DNA from: Promethearchaeia archaeon
GTDB taxonomy: Archaea; Asgardarchaeota; Lokiarchaeia; Sigyniarchaeales; SOKP01
Assembly (NCBI GenBank): GCA_029856105.1
Contig: JAHQWH010000230.1
Coordinates: 1 to 13,369, forward strand
Length of the DNA: 13,369 nt
Direction of reading: 5' to 3'
A program made the translations under genes and the position numbers. Below the pieces are notes generated by a model, which saw only the letters and a program-made list of their open reading frames with translations, had not been told where the DNA came from and did no database searches. Positions 1-7,304 of the stretch are shown piece by piece; the stretch's first letter is position 1, and every line of letters begins with the position of its first letter.

Positions 1-830
1 TTAATCTGACCGTGTTCTACAGAGATAATGAAACTAAACAACACATCTCTGGGGCAATTGTATCATTAGGTTGGGATAATTTTGCTGAAACTGGATCTCA
101 GTATTACTACAATTTAAACACGAATGATTTGGATCAAGGAATAACAATTGTTACGATAGAAGCACAGTTTAATAATTACCAAACTCAAACTATCCAATTT
201 TATTTCGAAGTAATCGAAAGGGAAACAGAATTGGAAGTGAATGTAGATAGTTTTCAAACAACTGAAGCTGAAACCATATTAGCAGATGTAAATCAATTAT
301 TAAATATGACTGTCTTTTATAGAGATAATGTATCTAAACAACATCTTTCTGGAGCAATAGTAACAGTCCTAGGTGGAAATTTTAGTGAAATTGGTAATCA
401 GTACAATTATTCTTTAAACACTAATTTACTAGAGCAAGGAATAACAATACTTACGGTTTTTGCGTATTTAGAAAACTATCAACCCAGATCATTTCAATTT
501 TATGTCAAAGTATCGGAACGGGCTACTGAGATTTCATTGTATTTAAATTCTGAAGATAAAACGAACGATCCCGTGTTTGAGCTTCCATTTGGAAGTAGTT
601 TAAACATTACAGTTCTATATTCGGATAATCAGACTCAAGCACATATTAGTGGAGGGAACATTCAGCTAATAGATGATACATATTCTGATAATCTCACTGA
701 AAATTTAGCTATGAACCAATACACATTATTATTAGATACAACTGTTTTAAAAGTAGGAGTGAATTTATTTACAATTATCGCGTATGCTAATAATTTCCAA
801 GCTAAAACATTAAGTCTAAGGATAACATTG
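1..830 (+). repeat. Intragenic tandem domain repeat with 300-bp period (three recognisable copies)
   Basis: agagataatgaaactaaacaacacatctctggggcaat (21-58) vs agagataatgtatctaaacaacatctttctggagcaat (321-358); a more diverged third copy starts near 601. Confidence 0.85.
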
Positions 831-1406
831 AATAAAATAGCTACTGTAATAAATACTACTTCTGGAGAGTCCTACTTTAGCATATTACCCAGTGAATCCA
901 TATTTTTATCAGTAATGTTGACGGATTCTGATTTTGGAGGAACAATTACTAATGCTATAGTTACATATCGATGGGCGTATGGTCAAGGTAATCTTACAGA
1001 TCCTGATAATGATGGTATTTATGAGATTGAGTTAGATAATGTTCCAACGGGAACTTATAAAATAACTATAACCGCTTCTGCAGGAGATGACTACAATTTT
1101 GAGACTTATGAAATTACATTAAATGTTAGATCAGAGACATCCCCTGATTTTTCTACGATATTTATTTTATTAGCCGGAGCACTTGGTGCTTTGGTCATTG
1201 GATTTACTTTATATGAAGTACGCTTTAAATATCCTGCAACAGTAAGAAAATCGAGAAAAATTAGGAAGAAGATAAAAAAAGGAAAGAAGACAAAACCTAT
1301 AAAAAACATTACATCACGAGAAGATTTAATTAAAGACCACCTCGAAAGTAATGTCGAAACTATTCAATTAGAAAAAAAAACCGAAAATGGAATAAAAGAA
1401 AAATAA
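3..1406 (+). CDS. 5'-truncated cell-surface glycoprotein: about four Ig-like beta-sandwich repeats (100-aa period), C-terminal TM anchor and basic cytoplasmic tail
   Basis: Frame is open to the window edge (AAT CTG ACC GTG), so GTG at 12 is probably internal. Repeats start VFYRDN/VFYRDN/VLYSDN at aa 1, 101 and 201. Many N-x-S/T sequons, a DPDNDG motif, TM FSTIFILLAGALGALVIGFTLY (nt ~1149-1214), then a K/R-rich tail. Confidence 0.85.
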   Translation, partial: NLTVFYRDNETKQHISGAIVSLGWDNFAETGSQYYYNLNTNDLDQGITIVTIEAQFNNYQTQTIQFYFEVIERETELEVNVDSFQTTEAETILADVNQLLNMTVFYRDNVSKQHLSGAIVTVLGGNFSEIGNQYNYSLNTNLLEQGITILTVFAYLENYQPRSFQFYVKVSERATEISLYLNSEDKTNDPVFELPFGSSLNITVLYSDNQTQAHISGGNIQLIDDTYSDNLTENLAMNQYTLLLDTTVLKVGVNLFTIIAYANNFQAKTLSLRITLNKIATVINTTSGESYFSILPSESIFLSVMLTDSDFGGTITNAIVTYRWAYGQGNLTDPDNDGIYEIELDNVPTGTYKITITASAGDDYNFETYEITLNVRSETSPDFSTIFILLAGALGALVIGFTLYEVRFKYPATVRKSRKIRKKIKKGKKTKPIKNITSREDLIKDHLESNVETIQLEKKTENGIKEK

Positions 1407-1448
1407 AAACTAGTAAAAATAAAAATAATAAAAACAGATGTGAAAAAT

Positions 1449-2576
1449 ATGGCAAAAGGGTATGTTATTACTAACTGGACAGAAGATCAAGGCCTTGGAG
1501 TTTATTTGAGTTATCCTGAGGATTTAGTCGTAGATCTAGATGATATGATGAGAATTTTTTACGCTCATATTACCGGTGCTGGAGAAGCTGGAAACGTAGT
1601 AGTACGATTAGAAAAAGCGCGTTCAAATGTTTCCAGCTATTTTACGGGAATGGAATCTGAAAATCAATTTATGATTAATTTCATTATGGAACTAGGTGAA
1701 GATCCCGAAATTTTTGGAGAAGCCGTACTTTCAGAAATCAATAAAAATATTCTATTTTACCTTAAAAGTATTAACCAAAATCCAGCCAATATACTGGATA
1801 TAACAAAAGAATTGAAAGATTTCTTAAAAAATTCTCTTATGTACTTAGAGCGTTTAAAGGATTTAACGAAAGAGCAAGTGATGGCTCAAATATATTATAG
1901 TAAAAAAGGAAGAATGATATTAGAAATCTTACAAGAAAAACCACATACTAAAAAAGAATTACATAGCCTATTAGAAGAGAAGACAGGGAAATTCATCCCT
2001 AATATTGATATCTTGTTGAGTCATTTTGTTAAAACTGATCTCGTTAGACAAGATTGGATTGAAGGCGATTCAGACATTTCTTTATTTCTACTTTCAGATT
2101 TCATTATAACTAGAAGTCCGGTAAGCAAACTATTAGAGAACGCAAAAAAAGGGCTCCCAACTCCTTACTTAGCTAGTAAGTACCTTGAATTAGCAACAGG
2201 TTATTTCTCATACTATAAACCGTCAGAGACAGACAATTTAAAAATAGCGTCTCACATGATAAATCCAGATATATTCGATTATATTATTCTTTTTAGAGAA
2301 AGAGCTTATCCCATAAATAAAGTACCACGGGGACCTGGACAAACTTTTGATCAGATTAGGAGTTTTTTAGCTACACTGGAAGCTGATCATATTATTAAGA
2401 TCATTAAGGAAGAAAATGACCTTGAATGGATATTTTTATTAACAGATATTACTGCTCAAAAATTTTATCCTGAGTATTTAATAGAAAATATTCGAAAAGC
2501 AGTATCAGAAAATATTTTGAAAAAAGAACCTGCAATTAGGCATTTAGAGCTTCTTGAGCAAATTTACAAGAAATAA
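1449..2576 (+). CDS. Asgard-type longin/uDENN-like domain protein with two C-terminal winged-helix-like domains
   Basis: N-terminal pattern hhhxW-x3-G-x6-YP...SYFTG...hhhh-x3-EDP resembles uDENN/longin starts. Two wHTH-like segments both end in FLL(S/T)D. ATG 1449 follows GATGTGA; GTG 1440 is the alternative start. Confidence 0.65.
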   Translation: MAKGYVITNWTEDQGLGVYLSYPEDLVVDLDDMMRIFYAHITGAGEAGNVVVRLEKARSNVSSYFTGMESENQFMINFIMELGEDPEIFGEAVLSEINKNILFYLKSINQNPANILDITKELKDFLKNSLMYLERLKDLTKEQVMAQIYYSKKGRMILEILQEKPHTKKELHSLLEEKTGKFIPNIDILLSHFVKTDLVRQDWIEGDSDISLFLLSDFIITRSPVSKLLENAKKGLPTPYLASKYLELATGYFSYYKPSETDNLKIASHMINPDIFDYIILFRERAYPINKVPRGPGQTFDQIRSFLATLEADHIIKIIKEENDLEWIFLLTDITAQKFYPEYLIENIRKAVSENILKKEPAIRHLELLEQIYKK

Positions 2577-2580
2577 GGAA

Positions 2581-2590
2581 AAAAGGTGAT
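2581..2590 (+). promoter_or_regulatory. Shine-Dalgarno site (AGGTGAT) for the TTG start at 2600
   Basis: aaaaggtgat followed by 9 nt and TTG; complementary to the archaeal 16S 3' end. Confidence 0.75.
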
Positions 2591-2599
2591 AAACAAAAG

Positions 2600-4591
2600 T
2601 TGTCTGGCAATATTGATGAGTTTAAATCGACAAAACAGGTATTAGAGCTTATAGGATTAACTCAGGATGGGATTGAAGCTTATTTTCATCTGACAGGAAG
2701 AGGTCCCGTAATGGCCGGAGAGATTGCGCTTTTAATTGATGTTCCTGAGGAAAGGGCATTTCAAATTGCTAATAGTCTACTCGAAAAAGGATTGGTTCGT
2801 GAAATTCCCGGCTCGACTCCTTTTTATGTTGCTTTACCACCCTATACTGCTTTATTGAATCAGATAGAGAATTTTAAAAAAATTGTAAAAAAAATTCAAG
2901 AATCTACTCCAAAAGCTTTACAGTTAAAATTTAAGGAAATTGAAGAACATTCAGCAAAATTAAGCAAGTTTGATGAGTATAGAAGCTATATAAACATCAT
3001 GAAAACTAATCTGCCAGCTCAAATAAAATCACAATTCAGTAAAGTCGAAAAAGAACTTGATAATGTAAAAAAGTTTCAAGAAATAAGAAGGTATATCCTT
3101 AATCTGAGGGAAATCGTACCTGATGAGATTATAAAAGAATTTAGTGTAGTTGAAACACGCTTAGAAAAAATTAAATCAGAGATTTCTATCGCCTTTGAAA
3201 AGCAATTTAGAATTGGAGCTTTAAAAACCATGGCAGAAAAGATTGTTTCTAGAATAATATCAGAACAATTTGGTGACCTTACTGATTATTTTCGAGAAAA
3301 ATTTGTTAATGCTATTCGAAATACTCTTGATCAAGTCACCGACCAATTAGCTTCAATTTCTGATGTCGCTGGCGACATGAGTACCGATTTAGGAAGTTTT
3401 TTATCAGATATCGTATCAGGATTAGAAGATACTCTAGAAGATTTGGATGGGAGAATCTCAACTGTTTATGAGGACGTTGATAAAGGAATTGAAGAATTAA
3501 AAGGATTATTTCAACGTGAAATATATAAAACGCTCGAAGAAGACATTATGGGAAATATTTTAAAACAACTTGACCTGTCTGAAAAAACTATGACTGAGTT
3601 TTGGGAACGGTCAAAAAAAGCTTCAACATTGAGTTTCAAGGATGTGTGGTTTGTAAGAAGTGTTGAGGGCATGAAAGCTCAAATCAACGAGTCTCTTACT
3701 CGAGTTAAGGCCAGATTTCTTGTTATCGTACCTAAATTAGAGGAAATTGATCTAGTAGCAATTTCAAAAGTAAAAAAACATATCATTGTTAGAATTTCAA
3801 CAAATTTCGATTTGAATAATCCAAATGATCAATTAAAACTAGCTGAAATTGTAAAATACCCTAACATCAACATACGGCTTAATTCTCGAGAAGATTTATA
3901 CGCAATCAATAGAGATTTTGAAGAAGTAGTAGTTTGTGCCGCATCAAGATCAAAATTGGGAGATATGGAGATAGCTGGTATGGGGTCTATTCTTGAAGAA
4001 CATGTCAAATTATTTGCAGGTGTATTAGAAGATACATGGATTCAAAGTCGGAAAGTTAAAACTGATGAAATCATGTATGCTATTCAATCATCTCAAAGGA
4101 TAGAAAAAGTCCAACAACCGATTCAGCAAACTACTTTTCGAACGCCGCAAACACCTTCAGTATCAATAAAGCCCGACATCCAAATTAAACCCACTACAAC
4201 CATAGTGGAAAATAATGTACTAAAACCATTTGAACAAAAACCTACAGTTCCAGCTCAACCAACACTTCCTCAATTGCCAACCATAGAACAACAAGGTGGA
4301 GTAAAAGAACCATTAGCTACACTTGATTCAACTTTAAATAAAGAGGGAACTATTTCGCAATTATTTGACATTGTAATAAATGACTTAGATAAAAAACTGG
4401 GAACTGAACTTTCGAACGATTTAGAACATATTCGAAATAGAATAACTGAGGAAATTGGATATACTGCTGTTTTAAACCAGATAAGCATTACAATAGCTTC
4501 CTTAAAAACGGTACCTAAATTACTATCTTCAATGGAAGTAGAAGATACTCTAAAAAAGATAAATTTTTGGAGAAAAAAAGTTAATATATAA
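2600..4591 (+). CDS. TrmB-family wHTH protein with long coiled-coil insert, degenerate PLD-like domain, P/Q/T linker and C-terminal helical domain
   Basis: aa 14-85 TrmB-type HTH (LELIGLT..AYFHL..GEIA..SLLEKGLV..YVALPP); aa ~86-340 amphipathic helices; aa ~348-486 TrmB/PLD-like effector fold (VWFVRS..INESLTRVK.RFLVIVP..INRDFEEVVV..LFAGVLEDTW) without HKD; aa ~497-582 low complexity; aa 583-663 helical domain. Confidence 0.8.
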   Translation: MSGNIDEFKSTKQVLELIGLTQDGIEAYFHLTGRGPVMAGEIALLIDVPEERAFQIANSLLEKGLVREIPGSTPFYVALPPYTALLNQIENFKKIVKKIQESTPKALQLKFKEIEEHSAKLSKFDEYRSYINIMKTNLPAQIKSQFSKVEKELDNVKKFQEIRRYILNLREIVPDEIIKEFSVVETRLEKIKSEISIAFEKQFRIGALKTMAEKIVSRIISEQFGDLTDYFREKFVNAIRNTLDQVTDQLASISDVAGDMSTDLGSFLSDIVSGLEDTLEDLDGRISTVYEDVDKGIEELKGLFQREIYKTLEEDIMGNILKQLDLSEKTMTEFWERSKKASTLSFKDVWFVRSVEGMKAQINESLTRVKARFLVIVPKLEEIDLVAISKVKKHIIVRISTNFDLNNPNDQLKLAEIVKYPNINIRLNSREDLYAINRDFEEVVVCAASRSKLGDMEIAGMGSILEEHVKLFAGVLEDTWIQSRKVKTDEIMYAIQSSQRIEKVQQPIQQTTFRTPQTPSVSIKPDIQIKPTTTIVENNVLKPFEQKPTVPAQPTLPQLPTIEQQGGVKEPLATLDSTLNKEGTISQLFDIVINDLDKKLGTELSNDLEHIRNRITEEIGYTAVLNQISITIASLKTVPKLLSSMEVEDTLKKINFWRKKVNI

Positions 4592-4605
4592 AATAATAAG
4601 ATCTA

Positions 4606-4660
4606 ACCTCTTGTTTCTCTTAATATAAAAAAAATATTTAAAAAATTTATATAATATTAA
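4606..4660. terminator. Probable bidirectional U-rich terminator region between convergent genes
   Basis: Pyrimidine tract ctcttgtttctctt on +; A-runs (T6 and T8 tracts on -) just after the MFS stop. Confidence 0.5.
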
Positions 4661-4662
4661 AG

Positions 4663-6009
4663 TTAGTTGGTAATACTTCCATCTTTTTCTCCATTTATGT
4701 TGTTAATTTTTTTAGTAACTTCATCAAGAGCAACTTTATCGTCGTAATCAATCTTTTTAACTTTCATTACGCGCCATGTGTAAAATGTAGCGACAATACC
4801 TATTACCGAGCCTAAAAGGAACACGTTCCTAGCCCCTATGAGTTCAGCTAATGGTCCCGAAATTAAAGCACCAAAAGGAGCGATCATTGATGAGAGTGAG
4901 TGATCTATTGAACTCACTCTACCCATTTTATCGTGTGGAACAGTTGTTTGTATGATTGTCATGTATATTGTGTTACCAATGGGTAGTAAAAAGCCTATTA
5001 CAAATGTTGCGATTCCCATCATTAAGAAAAAACCATTCGGTGCTAAACCTATTACTGAAAGTATTCCAGTTAACACCATCAAAGAACCAAAGTAAGTAAA
5101 AAGCTTATGTTTCCACTCCTTTTTTACGCTGGTGAGTAATGCTCCCAATACCATGCCAACCTGAAAAAATACCATTATAAACGCAAAATCTGAAGCTGAT
5201 CCTGCATGAATATGAGGAGCTTCTACTATATAAGGTAATAACACGTTAAAAGGCATCAACAAAAAGTTCAGCAACATAGACAGCGATAATAATGTTAAAA
5301 TCCCAGGTATTAACCTAATCGTTTTTATTCCTGTTTTGAATTCAAAAACAAAGGAATTCTTTTCTACTTCGATTTTTGATCTTTTTACAACGGGAATTTT
5401 AGTAATCAAAAGCGGAATCAAAGCGATAAGAAATGTAATTACATCAATCCAAAGTATTAGAAATATTTCTCCATGAAGCATTTCGTATAATAATGCTCCG
5501 AGTACAGGTCCAAAAATATTAATTAAACTCGAGAATAAGTAACCAAAACCGTTCATTCGGCTGAGTTTGACTTTTGGAACCATTGTTGGTGTGATAGCGT
5601 TTACTGTAGGAACGTGAAACGCCTGAAATATTCCCCGAAGCCCAACTATCAATATAACTACCAGTGGGTTTGCTGCACCAAACATAAACAATGCTATGAT
5701 CCATAATGTTGTTAAAGCTTGTAACGAATCCGCTATAGCTATAATTTTCTTTCTGCTCCACCTATCAGCAAGTACTCCTGCTATAGGAGTCAAAAACGCC
5801 ATAGGCAACATGTACATGAAAACTCCTATCGATAAAAGTGTGGGACTACCGGTTAATACTATAACCCACCACGTGATAGCAAAATTAACCACAGATGACC
5901 CCAATATTGAAAACAACTGACCCGACCACATAAAAATGTAGCGCTTAAAGCTCTGACTATTTGCTAATCCTTCTTTTTCTTCTATATCTTCCATTTTTTT
6001 ATCAACCAT
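4663..6009 (-). CDS. MFS transporter, DHA3/MefA-like drug:H+ antiporter family
   Basis: About 12 hydrophobic segments; WSGQLFSILGS start, motif A GVLADRWSRKKI, VP..KLSRMNG, GPVLGALL, QTTVPHDKMGRV. ATG 6009 preferred; TTG 6018 is the longest start. Confidence 0.9.
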   Translation of the reverse strand: MVDKKMEDIEEKEGLANSQSFKRYIFMWSGQLFSILGSSVVNFAITWWVIVLTGSPTLLSIGVFMYMLPMAFLTPIAGVLADRWSRKKIIAIADSLQALTTLWIIALFMFGAANPLVVILIVGLRGIFQAFHVPTVNAITPTMVPKVKLSRMNGFGYLFSSLINIFGPVLGALLYEMLHGEIFLILWIDVITFLIALIPLLITKIPVVKRSKIEVEKNSFVFEFKTGIKTIRLIPGILTLLSLSMLLNFLLMPFNVLLPYIVEAPHIHAGSASDFAFIMVFFQVGMVLGALLTSVKKEWKHKLFTYFGSLMVLTGILSVIGLAPNGFFLMMGIATFVIGFLLPIGNTIYMTIIQTTVPHDKMGRVSSIDHSLSSMIAPFGALISGPLAELIGARNVFLLGSVIGIVATFYTWRVMKVKKIDYDDKVALDEVTKKINNINGEKDGSITN

Positions 6010-6106
6010 TTTGTTCAAACTCTTTTTTTTTTTCTTTCTTTTTCTTCTTTTTCTCTATTTTTTCAAATTTTTTCTATTTACTACATTTCTTCTTTCAATT
6101 ATCTTT

Positions 6107-6229
6107 TCAACTACTAACGTAATATTTGGAACTAACCTGTCGAAAAACTCGTGAATTTACGACCCATTTCTTGATAAATGACACTATCTGATTTTTTAAT
6201 TTTCTCATACAATATCCCCTAATTTCCAT
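6107..6229 (-). CDS. Putative short leader peptide upstream of the MFS gene (frame ambiguous)
   Basis: The SD-like AGGGGAT (6220-6214) precedes ATG 6208 (MRKLKNQIVSFIKKWVVNSRVFRQVSSKYYVSS*, 33 aa; 40 aa from ATG 6229) and TTG 6212 (MYEKIKKSDSVIYQEMGRKFTSFSTG*, 26 aa, stop at 6132). It forms a mixed-composition island next to a low-complexity A-rich spacer. Confidence 0.45.
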   Translation of the reverse strand: MEIRGYCMRKLKNQIVSFIKKWVVNSRVFRQVSSKYYVSS

Positions 6230-6283
6230 TTACATTTACATTAATTGTCCATTAAAACATTATATCCCAATTAAGATTCTTTA

Positions 6284-7210
6284 TCACATTTTATCAATTA
6301 AGTCGTTAATTTTTGATATAACTTCATCAGGACTGCTTGTAAATTTAAATATGCCCTCTTCTAAAGAACCTTCAATACCCTCGTCTACTAATTCGTAAAT
6401 AAGATTCTCTGCGTCCTCATTAGTTTTATTAAGTGCTCGGGCAAGTTTATCAATCGGTAAACTTTTTTGCAGTTTGATTAAACCCCTTACCCTCTTTTTT
6501 ATTCGGTCCTTATCATTTGATGGTGACAGATTAATTTTAACTCTATGTTTGAGTTTTTTCCCTTCAAATTCGCGCTCAATCTTCTCTCCTAACTCTTCTA
6601 TACCTGATTCCTTAACCGCCCGTTCAACATTTTCCCCCCATTCCTCTAGTTTTTTGAAGTCTCCGATGTTGTTTTTCACGAATTTCATTGACTTTCGAAT
6701 AAGTTCTGATACGGAAGAACCTAACTCATCTGACCAATCCCTCCATTCATCGCTTGTGTCGCTATCCACTGAAATATTAATGCGCTTTGAGGTTTTTTTC
6801 TCTGCTTTTCTCTGTGCTTTTTCTAGTTTTTTTCGGATTTTGTCCTCATATTTCTCTCTTTGTTCTTCCGTCTTACTCCTTATCAGTTCAAGTTTCTCTC
6901 TAGCACGCTCAATTTGTTCCCTCGCATCTTCCCCTAAATCATCCAATCCTTCCGTTGTCTCCCCAATTTCCCTTAATAAATTAATTCTTTCATCCTTCAA
7001 ATCTTCCAAAGCTTCTCTTAAATCTTCTTTAACTTCTTCCTTTGCGTCCCTAAGATCGTCTATATCGTCCTCAAAATCCGCGTGTATATCCTCTAATTCG
7101 TCCATAAGATCGTCTTTAATGTTATCTAACTCATATCTTATATCTTCTCTTAACTCATCTAATTCCTGCTCATCTTTTTCATTTTCGTTTTTTCCTGATT
7201 CTTTATACAT
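6284..7210 (-). CDS. Putative transcription regulator: acidic coiled coil + ribbon-helix-helix (CopG/Arc-like) + C-terminal PCI-like winged helix
   Basis: aa 1-140 D/E-rich helical region; aa 142-179 KRINISVDSDTSDEWRDWSDELGSSVSELIRKSM fits the RHH pattern; aa 234-291 LPIDKLARAL..AENLIYELVDEG.IEGSL is wHTH-like; GGAGG 7 nt before ATG. Confidence 0.75.
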   Translation of the reverse strand: MYKESGKNENEKDEQELDELREDIRYELDNIKDDLMDELEDIHADFEDDIDDLRDAKEEVKEDLREALEDLKDERINLLREIGETTEGLDDLGEDAREQIERAREKLELIRSKTEEQREKYEDKIRKKLEKAQRKAEKKTSKRINISVDSDTSDEWRDWSDELGSSVSELIRKSMKFVKNNIGDFKKLEEWGENVERAVKESGIEELGEKIEREFEGKKLKHRVKINLSPSNDKDRIKKRVRGLIKLQKSLPIDKLARALNKTNEDAENLIYELVDEGIEGSLEEGIFKFTSSPDEVISKINDLIDKM

Positions 7211-7304
7211 ATCAATTCCTCCATACTACTTGTTGGTTAATTTTCTTAACTTTTTTATTTCTATTTTAAATTTTTGATTTTTCTTTTAAAATAAAGATTT
7301 AATT

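Noticed and set aside
3880-3930. Active phospholipase D/nuclease in the TrmB-like protein
   Set aside because: No HxKxxxxD motif; only the Asp is retained.
4663-6018. Naming the MFS gene mefA (macrolide resistance)
   Set aside because: Motifs support the family only; substrate cannot be inferred and such paralogues are common.
6070-6290. Selenocysteine or other read-through of TGA at 6286-6284 or 6109-6107
   Set aside because: The first TGA is immediately followed by TAA; the second leads into low-complexity sequence with further stops; no convincing SECIS-like stem seen.
6474-7277. 267-aa + strand ORF
   Set aside because: Ser/Phe/Leu-rich antisense shadow of the E/D/K-rich RHH gene; no SD and no motifs.
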